64,000 nt of DNA from Enterobacterales bacterium (GTDB lineage: Bacteria; Pseudomonadota; Gammaproteobacteria; Enterobacterales; GCA-002770795): NCBI GenBank assembly GCA_041556195.1, contig JBFFIY010000004.1, forward strand, positions 5,646 through 69,645, given 5' to 3'. The number at the start of each line of letters is the position of its first letter. Within the stretch, counting starts at the first letter, position 1. The position numbers and the translations under genes were made by a program. Positions 1 to 8,649 of this stretch are shown in pieces. The notes under the pieces were generated by a model. That model was not told where the DNA came from. It did not search any database and saw nothing but the letters and a program-made list of their open reading frames with translations.

Positions 1-249
1 ATCATCATGTATCAATGAATAGACATGAATGAATTCAATGGCACTAGCAGGGCCTGATAGATCAGATTCATGGGCTCCTAACGATAATCCTGTGGCATAA
101 ACCAGCATCGGTCTTAATCTTTTTCCACCAGCCAATGCGCTGTAGTGCATAGCCTGATGTAAACGCTGTGGGACAGATTGAGGATCAGGCAACCATTGAT
201 AGAGGTTGCCTTCAATGACTGAGCGCCACTTAATATCAAACTCATTCAT
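1..249 (-). CDS. ispA: Farnesyl diphosphate synthase (polyprenyl synthetase), N-terminal part; gene runs off the window start
   Basis: Not in the ORF track because it is open at the window edge. My reverse-strand translation from the ATG at 249 reads MNEFDIKWRSVIEGNLYQWLPDPQSVPQRLHQAMHYSALAGGKRLRPMLVYATGLSLGAHESDLSGPASAIEFIHVYSLIHDD. It contains the GGKRLRP motif and the start of the first Asp-rich motif (LIHDD). The start overlaps the xseB stop (ATGA), as in the conserved xseB-ispA operon. Confidence 0.9.
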   Translation of the reverse strand, partial: MNEFDIKWRSVIEGNLYQWLPDPQSVPQRLHQAMHYSALAGGKRLRPMLVYATGLSLGAHESDLSGPASAIEFIHVYSLIHDD

Positions 250-478
250 TATTGTTGAAATCGATAAGAGGGGAATCGCTATCAAGAGACTGCAGTTGTG
301 TGATCTTTAATTCTGCATCTTTCAAAGCCGACAGGCAGCTGTGAGTGAGCTTAACACCGCGTTCAAATGCTTTGAGTGAATCATATAAAGATAGTTCGCC
401 CTGTTCCATATTTTCCACGATAGACTCAAGTTCATTGAGTTGTTTTTCAAAATCTGCAATATTTTTTTTGGTTGCCAT
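242..478 (-). CDS. xseB: Exodeoxyribonuclease VII small subunit
   Basis: 78-aa ORF. FEKQLNELESIVENMEQGELSLYDSLKAFERGVKL is the typical XseB helical hairpin. It lies directly upstream of ispA and overlaps it. Confidence 0.9.
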   Translation of the reverse strand: MATKKNIADFEKQLNELESIVENMEQGELSLYDSLKAFERGVKLTHSCLSALKDAELKITQLQSLDSDSPLIDFNNNE

Positions 479-658
479 TGGGTATCCTTAGAGGATGAAC
501 TGTCAATAATGTTTATGATGTAGCCCTATTTTCCAGTAAGCGACTCTATTTTTCAATAAATTAGTCATTTTTGAAAAGATCACCACTGGATAAATATCAA
601 AATAGAGTTACACTTTATGTGATATTGTCCTAAATAAAAGTAACAGCGGGAGAACAAA

Positions 659-1417
659 GTGGATTTAGCAACGCTAATTGGTGTAATAGGTGTGTATGCG
701 ATTGTTGCTGTGGCTATGGTATTAGCTGGGGGGCTCGTGCAATTTTTTGACGTACCTTCTGTATTAATTGTTATCGTTGGAAGTCATTTTGTGGTGATTA
801 TGAAACATACATTCCCTCAGTTTATTGGGGCTGTAAAAGTGGGAATGAAATCTATCATGTTTAAATCTGATAGTTTACAAGAGCTTATTGACAAAATTGT
901 TGAACTGGCCGATAAAGCCAGAAAAGGTGGTTTACTTTCATTAGAAGGCGCTGAAATACCTAACCATTTTTTGAAAAAAGGTATTGGATTACTAATTGAT
1001 GGTCATGGGGAGGAGGTTGTTGCAGGAATATTACGTAAAGAGGTTAAATTGAGTAGTGATCGTCACGAAAATGGTGCTGCAGTATTTAAGAGTTTGGCTG
1101 ATGTGGCTCCTGCCATGGGCATGATTGGCACACTGGTAGGTTTGGTGGGAATGTTAGCCAATATGGATGATCCTAAAGCCATTGGTCCAGCCATGGCAAT
1201 TGCATTATTGACTACTTTATATGGAGCTGTAATTGCGAATATGATGGCTATCCCCGTTCGAGAAAAACTATTGATGAGAAACGAAGAAGAAAAATTGACC
1301 CAAAATTTAATTATTGATGGTTTACTCTCTATTCAAGCAGGTCAAAATCCCAGGGTGATTGAGCAACTTCTGCAAGGTTATTTGTATGAAGGAGATCGTC
1401 CGGTAACGGAAGAATAG
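659..1417 (+). CDS. pomA: Flagellar stator protein, PomA/MotA family
   Basis: 252 aa with a GTG start preceded by GGGAGAA. It is near-collinear with Vibrio PomA as I remember it (MDLATL..., VAPAMGMIGTLVGLV, DDPKAIGPAMA.ALLTTLYGA, QNPRVI). Confidence 0.85.
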   Translation: MDLATLIGVIGVYAIVAVAMVLAGGLVQFFDVPSVLIVIVGSHFVVIMKHTFPQFIGAVKVGMKSIMFKSDSLQELIDKIVELADKARKGGLLSLEGAEIPNHFLKKGIGLLIDGHGEEVVAGILRKEVKLSSDRHENGAAVFKSLADVAPAMGMIGTLVGLVGMLANMDDPKAIGPAMAIALLTTLYGAVIANMMAIPVREKLLMRNEEEKLTQNLIIDGLLSIQAGQNPRVIEQLLQGYLYEGDRPVTEE

Positions 1418-1428
1418 GGGCAAGATAA

Positions 1429-2349
1429 ATGGCTGCAAGCGAACCCGAAGAAGAATGTAAATGTCCTGACATTGGATTACCAGCGTGGATGGGAACCTTT
1501 GCAGATTTGATGGCACTACTGATGTCATTTTTTGTGTTGTTATTATCCTTTTCAGAAATGGATGTTCTTAAATACAAGCAGATAGCAGGTTCAATGGCGA
1601 ATGCTTTTGGCGTACAAAGTAAAGTCAAAGTCAAAGATGTACCAAAGGGTACCAGTATCATTGCTCAGGAATTTGCTCCAGGAAGACCTGAGCCAACATT
1701 GATTTTAACCGTCCAGCAAGAAACCGAAGACTTTACAAAAGACAGCCTGGATTTTGAAACAGAGCAATCTGAATCTGAGGCTGAAGATATTGAATGTGAA
1801 GAAGTTGAGGAAACTCCCCCAGTTACCATAATTGATTTGTCTTCACTTCAGGGCAATGTCGCAGCTGATGAAGCAGCTGAAGCATTGGCTCAGGAGGCTG
1901 CACAAAATCTGGTGACTGAACTCAATTCCGGTTTACTGGAACTGCAGGCTAAAAATGGCATTGTACTAATCAGGATCAGAGAAAAAGGGTCTTTCACCTC
2001 AGGTTCTGCAAAATTACGTTCAAGCTTCAAGCCGGTTATTGGAAAAATAAGGAACTTACTTTTACAAACAAAGGGTGAAATTCGAGTAGCTGGACATACG
2101 GATGATAAACCAATCAATACACCATTTTTTCCGTCTAATTGGGAGCTTTCTGGAGCACGAGCCTCTAGTGTTGTAAGGGAGTTATTGAAGACGGGTGAAT
2201 TTGATCGAACCCGGTTTAGTATATATGGCTTGGCTGATACTCGTCCATTGATTGCAAATGAGAGTGGAGATTCACGTTCAAAAAATCGTCGAGTTGAAAT
2301 TATGATTATTAATGATAGAAAACAAAAAAAGTCGGCAGAAGAACTCTAA
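1429..2349 (+). CDS. pomB: Flagellar stator protein, PomB/MotB family, with OmpA-like peptidoglycan-binding C-terminus
   Basis: The N-terminus LPAWMGTFADLMALLMSFFVLLLSFSEMDVLKYKQIAGSM matches PomB, including the conserved transmembrane Asp. The C-terminus (AGHTDD...NWELSGARASSV...NRRVEI) is an OmpA-like domain. The gene starts 12 nt after pomA. Confidence 0.85.
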   Translation: MAASEPEEECKCPDIGLPAWMGTFADLMALLMSFFVLLLSFSEMDVLKYKQIAGSMANAFGVQSKVKVKDVPKGTSIIAQEFAPGRPEPTLILTVQQETEDFTKDSLDFETEQSESEAEDIECEEVEETPPVTIIDLSSLQGNVAADEAAEALAQEAAQNLVTELNSGLLELQAKNGIVLIRIREKGSFTSGSAKLRSSFKPVIGKIRNLLLQTKGEIRVAGHTDDKPINTPFFPSNWELSGARASSVVRELLKTGEFDRTRFSIYGLADTRPLIANESGDSRSKNRRVEIMIINDRKQKKSAEEL

Positions 2350-2440
2350 ATTAGCAATGTAAATAGAGTTCTTGTGTTATGTTTTTTTTATAAAAAAACG
2401 GACTTTTCGTATAAATAATTTTATTTTAGAACGATAAGTT

Positions 2441-2722
2441 TTAATCATGTGAATGGTGTTCTCTACGCCATTTTGAAACCTTGCCACGATGAAATCTCCA
2501 TGGAGCTAAATCATCTCCAGATTCTCTTGGGATCCCTTCTCTTATCCATCGTTCAATCGTTGTAATGCTTACATCAAATTCTTCAGCTAAAGCATCCTTG
2601 CCTGTGATGATAACGCTTTTCTGAATCAGGGCCATAAGCTTAGATGAGCGTTTAGAGGGATTGTTCATTCCACGTCGATTAGGGGATGGTGGAAAAAATG
2701 ATTCTGGTACGAGGTAGTTCAT
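2441..2722 (-). CDS. Small helix-turn-helix DNA-binding protein (excisionase/AlpA-like); start uncertain
   Basis: The ORF track extends to 2737 from a TTG. The ATG at 2722 has GAGGGT 7 nt upstream. ITGKDALAEEFDVSITTIERWIREGIP looks like a MerR/excisionase-type HTH. I recognise no family beyond that. Confidence 0.4.
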   Translation of the reverse strand: MNYLVPESFFPPSPNRRGMNNPSKRSSKLMALIQKSVIITGKDALAEEFDVSITTIERWIREGIPRESGDDLAPWRFHRGKVSKWRREHHSHD

Positions 2723-3174
2723 TGGCATTACCCTCAAGAATTTAAATTACAGTTTTCAGACTGATAAGTTCTCTCCATTACAGAGTGCGATATTAAACAA
2801 CATATATCTATTAAAAATGACACAGAAGCTTTGTGACTTATTACCCATTAAAAAAACCAAAATTTCTAAAGCACTTCATTATTTTAATAAGTTTTTTTAA
2901 TAAAGCTTTTCAATAAATAACTGCTCTTCATAAACAGTATTGAATTTTTATGCCGAAAAAGTGTTAATAGAATTTATGAAAGTGTAATAAAATGTGTCGA
3001 GGGTAATAAAAATACCTTTGAAAGCCGCATGTAAGCTGGACATTTACATTTTGAAATTATTACAAACTTAAATTTACAAACCAGAGAGTTTTACAAATTT
3101 AAGAATAACTTTGTAATTATTTATCTAAGATGTTATCAAGAATAGGAACTAATAGAGGTTAAAAAAGAAATGGC

Positions 3175-3205
3175 AGAAGCAAAAAACATGATTTTTTTTG
3201 CTTCT
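3175..3205 (-). terminator. Rho-independent terminator candidate downstream of xthA
   Basis: The arms agaagcaaaaaa and ttttttgcttct pair across a short loop. On the minus strand the hairpin is followed by a T-rich tract (gccatttctttttt). Confidence 0.55.
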
Positions 3206-3227
3206 TTTAAAAATCAATTCTAACCCC

Positions 3228-4058
3228 TTAAGATTTAAATTCAATCCACATTGGAGCATGATCTGAGGGTTTTTCCATGGCACGAATTTCATAACTGATA
3301 TCGGCACCAGTCAGAATATCTAACAAGGGTTGTGTAATTAAAAAACCATCAATTCTCAAACCTCGTTTAGGTGTATCGTTAAATCCTTTACTTCTATAAT
3401 CAAACCAGCTTAATTTTCTTTGCTCGATATTTTCAAGATCATCAGGATTCAAATAACGATAAGCATCGGTTAAACCCCAGTCTTTGAGACGTTGAAACCA
3501 TTCTCTTTCTTCAGGTAAAAAACTACACTTCCCTGTTTTTAACCAACGTTTGGCATTGACTTCTCCGATGCCAATATCAGCATCTGTATCAGAAATATTA
3601 AAATCTCCAAGGATAACGAGGTTTTGTTGTGGATTATAAGATTCGTTTAGCCAGTGATTGAGATCAGCATAAAATTTTTGTTTATAAGGAAATTTCCATT
3701 CATGGGCACGGTTATCTCCCTGAGGGAAGTAACCATTAATAATAATATATTCTTTGTTGTCTTTATCAAGATAGGTGCCAGTGATTAAACGTTTTTGAGC
3801 ATCTTCTGGATCAAAAGGATAACCCCTTTGTACAGAAAGGGGAGGCTGTTTGCTAAGAAGCGCCACGCCATAATGTCCTTTTTGGCCAAAGGTTTCAGTG
3901 TGATAGCCTAAAGCAGTAATCTCTTCTAATGGAAAATCTGAATCCTGTGCTTTTACTTCTTGAATGCCTATAACATCAGGTTGGAGCTGGTTAATAACTT
4001 CTTCAATTTGATGTAGGCGGGCTCTGATACCATTGACATTAAAACTGACGATTTTCAT
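3228..4058 (-). CDS. xthA: Exodeoxyribonuclease III
   Basis: MKIVSFNVNGIRARLHQ aligns with the E. coli XthA N-terminus. The C-terminal SDHAP motif is present. The ORF-track start at 4073 is a TTG, so I prefer the ATG at 4058. Confidence 0.93.
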   Translation of the reverse strand: MKIVSFNVNGIRARLHQIEEVINQLQPDVIGIQEVKAQDSDFPLEEITALGYHTETFGQKGHYGVALLSKQPPLSVQRGYPFDPEDAQKRLITGTYLDKDNKEYIIINGYFPQGDNRAHEWKFPYKQKFYADLNHWLNESYNPQQNLVILGDFNISDTDADIGIGEVNAKRWLKTGKCSFLPEEREWFQRLKDWGLTDAYRYLNPDDLENIEQRKLSWFDYRSKGFNDTPKRGLRIDGFLITQPLLDILTGADISYEIRAMEKPSDHAPMWIEFKS

Positions 4059-4169
4059 GTAGTTAGGTTCCAAATTTACATTAAGTCACAGCATTTTTTA
4101 GCTCTGTGACAAAATAAAGAGTTGATGAATTGGCGCGAATTATACCGTAAACTGAAGCAAGTGTGATGC

Positions 4170-4206
4170 ATATCCCTAATCATTCATTCTGCCTGATTAG
4201 GGATAT
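4170..4206. repeat. REP-like hairpin repeat, family copy 1
   Basis: atatccctaatca / ttcattctgcc / tgattagggatat gives a 13-bp perfect stem and an 11-nt loop. This is the same family as 44370-44408, in inverted orientation. Confidence 0.8.
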
Positions 4207-4280
4207 TTCCCAATTTTTATCAGAATTATCAGATATTTTGGTTATTTGTACTATTTTGCTGTGCAAATTCGGAGAAGTTA

Positions 4281-5786
4281 ATGTTGGAAAGAACAATAAA
4301 TTTACCTCTGTTTACCCTGATTTTATTGGTTGTTTTGCTACTAATCGTTGGAGCAGCTTTAAATTATTGGTTTTCAGTTAGGAAACTAAAACAGCAAATA
4401 CATACTACAGAACAGGAGTTGTTGGAAAAAACACAGGATCAGGCACTAGGGGCTAATCAGCTGAAACAACATCGACAACAGCTTGAAGTACTGCAAAATA
4501 GTGCTGAAGAGTATGAAAGAAAATGGACGGAACAAACCTTACTGAGACAGAGTTTAGCGGAAAAACAGGCGGGTGCTGTGCAGCAGATTGAGAATTTACT
4601 GCATAACAACAGTATCCTTACCCAAAAGAATACAGAACTAGAGCAACTAAGCTCTGATTTCCAGCAAAAATACAATCAATCTGAAAAGCATTTGGCAGAA
4701 GTCAAAATTCAATTGGAAGATGAGAAAATAATATCTGAAGAAAAGTTACATTTGTTACAAAAATCCAGAGAACAGATGTCACAGGAGTTTCGTGATTTGG
4801 CCAGTAATGTCATGAAACAGAATTCTGAGCAGTTCAATAAACAACACCAGCAATCTCTAACTTCCGTATTAGATCCTTTCAAAGAACAACTCGGTGAGTT
4901 TAGAAAACGCGTGGATCTTATTTATGATACTGAGAGTCGTGACAGAGTCTCTTTACTTAAGGAAATTAATGGTTTAAGGGATCTTAACCAGAAAATTACC
5001 GAAGAAGCCTCAAATCTTACCAAAGCCTTGAAGGGCGATAGAAAAGCTCAGGGAAATTGGGGTGAAGTGATCCTGGAGCGTGTGTTAGAAGCCAGCGGTC
5101 TACAAAATGGTAGAGAATATGAAACTCAGAAACATTTAAAAGATGAAGATGGTAGTCGTTTTTTACCCGATGTGGTGATCCATTTACCGGATAAAAAAGA
5201 TGTTATTATTGATTCAAAAGTTTCTCTATCGGCTTACGAAAGGTATTTTTCGAGCGAGGATGAATCAATTCGAGAGCGATGTCTTAAGGAACATCTGGCA
5301 GCGATTAGAAAACATGTCGATGACTTGTCTAATAAAAATTATGCCGATCTCGAAGGAGTTAACACCCTTGATTTTGTTTTTATCTTTATACCTATTGAAC
5401 CCGCTTATCTTTTGGCTATTCAAGAAGATCCCAACCTGTTGACGGATGCCTTTTTGAGAAAAATCATCATTGTGAGTCCAACCACGCTTTTGGCCACTCT
5501 TCGTATTATAGAAAATGTATGGCGTTTTGAACTTCAGAGTAAAAACGCAGTGGAAATTGCACGTCAGGCGGGGCGTCTTTATGATAAGTTTGTGAACTTT
5601 ATAATAGATCTGGATAATGTAGAAAAAGATATAGAAAAATCTCTGAAAAATTTAGGTGCCGCCAAAATAAAACTACATTCAGGTAAAGGAAACCTGGTGT
5701 CCTCTACTGAAAAACTACGACTACTTGGCGCAAAAACCAGTAAGCAATTAAATAATAAATTGTTGGAACAATATGACGATGAGTAA
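4281..5786 (+). CDS. rmuC: DNA recombination protein RmuC
   Basis: 501 aa: an N-terminal transmembrane segment, a long coiled coil, and a C-terminal RmuC nuclease-like region (GNWGEVILERVLEASGL...REYETQ...PDVVIHLP...IIDSK). GGAGAA lies upstream of the ATG. Confidence 0.9.
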   Translation: MLERTINLPLFTLILLVVLLLIVGAALNYWFSVRKLKQQIHTTEQELLEKTQDQALGANQLKQHRQQLEVLQNSAEEYERKWTEQTLLRQSLAEKQAGAVQQIENLLHNNSILTQKNTELEQLSSDFQQKYNQSEKHLAEVKIQLEDEKIISEEKLHLLQKSREQMSQEFRDLASNVMKQNSEQFNKQHQQSLTSVLDPFKEQLGEFRKRVDLIYDTESRDRVSLLKEINGLRDLNQKITEEASNLTKALKGDRKAQGNWGEVILERVLEASGLQNGREYETQKHLKDEDGSRFLPDVVIHLPDKKDVIIDSKVSLSAYERYFSSEDESIRERCLKEHLAAIRKHVDDLSNKNYADLEGVNTLDFVFIFIPIEPAYLLAIQEDPNLLTDAFLRKIIIVSPTTLLATLRIIENVWRFELQSKNAVEIARQAGRLYDKFVNFIIDLDNVEKDIEKSLKNLGAAKIKLHSGKGNLVSSTEKLRLLGAKTSKQLNNKLLEQYDDE

Positions 5787-8649
5787 TGTTCAAACAAAAC
5801 TATTGCAAGCTTTAGAAAGTGATAGTTTGATTGTTTGTGCCAGTAGACGCCAGGTCAGAACTATTGTCAACCTTCAAGACAAACAACAATCTGAACTAAA
5901 TAAAAACAGTTGGAATAGAGCTTCAGTCCTATCCTGGCAAGATTGGTTGCTTTCATTGTTTGAGATGTGCGCTGTGGCCAATACGTTTTTTTTGGAAAGA
6001 GACATATCTGAAACTGACTCTCAGCCTGATGACGAAAGTAACAATTATTTTGTTCCAACATTGCTGTTCTTGTCAGAGGAGAAATGGATCTGGAAGAAGC
6101 TGTTCAATGAACAAAAAGAGCAAGCTGATAAATGGAGTGTTGCACAAAAAAAGTCATTGCTAAATTCATTGCATTCCGCCTGGAAACTTTTTAATCAATG
6201 GCAATTAGATTTTAATGAAAGCAGTCTGAATAAAATAAGTTTTGAGCAAACAGAAGAACCGAAATTATTTAAACAACTCGTTCAGGACTTTGAAAATTAT
6301 TGTTACAACAATCAATATATTAGTCAATATAAGCTAAGTGATTATCTTATAGAGCATGTGTTTGAAAAAAATAAGCAAATAAATGTTTTATTACAACTAC
6401 AATCTCCCAGTTTGGGCGATATTTGTTTATATGGCTTTGATGATTTAACGCCACAACAACAAAAACTGATTAAAAAATTTGAAGAACTTGGTAAAAAAGT
6501 TATAAACATAGAGTTTTTAGACTCGGTTTATTCACCGGTTCAATCCGACTCATCACTTATTGCTTGTGCTTCAAAAGAAACTGAATGGTATGCTGCGGCA
6601 AAATGGTCCAGGCAATTGGCTGAGGAAAATCCTGAAGCCAATATAGCGATAGTGGTACCAGATTTAGCCAATGAACAGTCTCGAATTTTCCAAATTTTTC
6701 AAACTAACTTTCAACCCGAACAAACATTTAAACCTACATCAGAAGTCTCTCAAGGCTTTAATATTTCTGTGGGTGAAACACTTGTTCAACAAGATGTGGT
6801 GATCTCAGCGCGGCGTTGGCTAAGGCTTGCTAAAGGTGCAGATCTCGATAGCTGGTTACAAGCCATAGTCGATCCATTTTGTGCAGGTGCAAAGACCGAG
6901 ATCTGGAGTAGAGCCTCGTTGCGACAACAACTATCTGTTCAGAAACAAAATAATTTGCAACTGTCGCCCTGGTTACATCAAAAACAACTTTCAAGAATTA
7001 ACATAGAGCCGTTGCAAAAATGGAAACAGTTGGTGGTTATGCTTGAACAGGCTTTTTCTGAACCCGTAAAAATTGAGCGTAATAATCTTCCGAGTTTTTG
7101 GTGTGTCTGGAGTGAAAATCTATTAGTAAAAATAGGTTGGCCGGGGGAGCAAGCTTTGGGCAGTGTTTGTTATCAAGCACAACAACAATGGTTATCTCAG
7201 CTGCGACTGCTGGCAAAGATGGATAAACTGGTAGGCAAGATCTCCCATGCGGAATTTATGGAGTTGATTGATGATCAATTATCCTCCGTTATCTTTCAGC
7301 CGGAATCTCCAACCGCAAGAGTGCAGGTGTTAGGTTTATTTGAAGCCATTGGATTACCTTTCGATTACTTACGTTTAACCGGCATGGATGCCAACACTTT
7401 ACCTGCCAGTGCAAAACCTAACCCATGGTTACCTGTAAGTTTACAGAAATCCCTGAATATGCCCGGTGCTTCCAGTCAGCGTGAATTAGCTTTCTCTCAA
7501 AAACTTATTTCAGGTTTTGATGCGCTCTGTTCGCAATGTTCCTATAGCTATGCCGTGGCAGATCTGAATACTGATAATTTACCCAGCCCGCTGGTTAGCC
7601 ATTTGCCCCCTGCTGAAACGATTTCTGCTGAGGCTTCCAATGAATGGGTAAATCTTCAAACATCAGCACAGCATCATTTGCAACAGGATTGGCAAGATGA
7701 GTATGGTATGGCGCTAACAACCCAAACTCAAACTCGATCTAAAGAGCTCAGCTATTCGGTAAAAGGGGGCGTAAGTCTGTTGAAAGATCAAGCCGCCTGT
7801 CCATTTAGAGCCTATGCCCGACATCGACTGTTTGCAAAAATGCCAGATGTTGAAGATATTGGTATCGATCCTATGGTTCGGGGAAATTGGGTTCATCAAA
7901 CCCTGGAAAAATTTTGGCAAAAAATAGGGCATCATCAAATTTTATTGGATATGACTAAACCTCAAATCTTGCAGCAGGTTCAAGATTGTGCGAAGTTGGT
8001 TATCTTAAAAGACAATGAAGAAAATGTATTAGTGCGATTTGAATATAACCGTACTGTTGATTTGGTAATGGTTTGGTTAGAGCTTGATCTGCAAAGACTC
8101 CCCTTTGAGCGCGTTCTGGTTGAACAGGAAAAAGAGCTTAAAGTGGCAGGTTTAAAATTTAATGTTCGTGTTGATAGAATAGATGAGCTGGATAACGAGC
8201 AATATTTAATTATTGATTATAAAACCGGAACCCCAAATACCAGCGGTTGGAATCAACCTCGCCTTGATGAACCACAACTGCCACTATATGCCATGTTATT
8301 ACAACAAAAAACCGGCGCTATTGCTTTCGGGCAATTGAATATTAAAGCCTGCCTGTTAAAGGGGTATGGGGACAAACATATAAATATTTCAGGGATCAAA
8401 GTTGGAGAGAAATTGCCCAAATCATGGGCTGAATTAATGGATTTCTGGAAGCATAATCTCACATTAATCGCCCAGGAATATATTGAAGGACTTGCCAGTG
8501 TTACTCCGACAATACGTGCTTGTGATTATTGTGATTTGAGTCATCTTTGTCGTGTCAATGCCATTAGGGTTGTTAATCAGGCCGAAGAGCAAACGGATGA
8601 TAAATTAAACATCGAGAAACCTTTTGAAAATAAGGTTGAAAAATCATGA
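5773..8649 (+). CDS. addB: AddB-type PD-(D/E)XK nuclease subunit of a two-subunit helicase-nuclease
   Basis: 958 aa. The C-terminus has RVDRID...LIIDYKTG (D...D/ExK nuclease motif) bracketed by four Cys residues (ACPF ... CDYCDLSHLC), like the AddB iron-sulfur staple. There is no N-terminal Walker A motif. It overlaps rmuC by 14 nt and addA by 4 nt. Confidence 0.75.
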   Translation: MTMSNVQTKLLQALESDSLIVCASRRQVRTIVNLQDKQQSELNKNSWNRASVLSWQDWLLSLFEMCAVANTFFLERDISETDSQPDDESNNYFVPTLLFLSEEKWIWKKLFNEQKEQADKWSVAQKKSLLNSLHSAWKLFNQWQLDFNESSLNKISFEQTEEPKLFKQLVQDFENYCYNNQYISQYKLSDYLIEHVFEKNKQINVLLQLQSPSLGDICLYGFDDLTPQQQKLIKKFEELGKKVINIEFLDSVYSPVQSDSSLIACASKETEWYAAAKWSRQLAEENPEANIAIVVPDLANEQSRIFQIFQTNFQPEQTFKPTSEVSQGFNISVGETLVQQDVVISARRWLRLAKGADLDSWLQAIVDPFCAGAKTEIWSRASLRQQLSVQKQNNLQLSPWLHQKQLSRINIEPLQKWKQLVVMLEQAFSEPVKIERNNLPSFWCVWSENLLVKIGWPGEQALGSVCYQAQQQWLSQLRLLAKMDKLVGKISHAEFMELIDDQLSSVIFQPESPTARVQVLGLFEAIGLPFDYLRLTGMDANTLPASAKPNPWLPVSLQKSLNMPGASSQRELAFSQKLISGFDALCSQCSYSYAVADLNTDNLPSPLVSHLPPAETISAEASNEWVNLQTSAQHHLQQDWQDEYGMALTTQTQTRSKELSYSVKGGVSLLKDQAACPFRAYARHRLFAKMPDVEDIGIDPMVRGNWVHQTLEKFWQKIGHHQILLDMTKPQILQQVQDCAKLVILKDNEENVLVRFEYNRTVDLVMVWLELDLQRLPFERVLVEQEKELKVAGLKFNVRVDRIDELDNEQYLIIDYKTGTPNTSGWNQPRLDEPQLPLYAMLLQQKTGAIAFGQLNIKACLLKGYGDKHINISGIKVGEKLPKSWAELMDFWKHNLTLIAQEYIEGLASVTPTIRACDYCDLSHLCRVNAIRVVNQAEEQTDDKLNIEKPFENKVEKS

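Noticed and set aside
2441-3227. Prophage or integrative element
   Set aside because: Only one small HTH gene is present. There is no integrase, no flanking direct repeats that I could find, and no tRNA target. At most this is a remnant.
4163-4381. 72-aa plus-strand ORF upstream of and overlapping rmuC
   Set aside because: It starts inside the REP-like hairpin, overlaps the well-supported rmuC start in another frame, and has no recognisable motif or SD.
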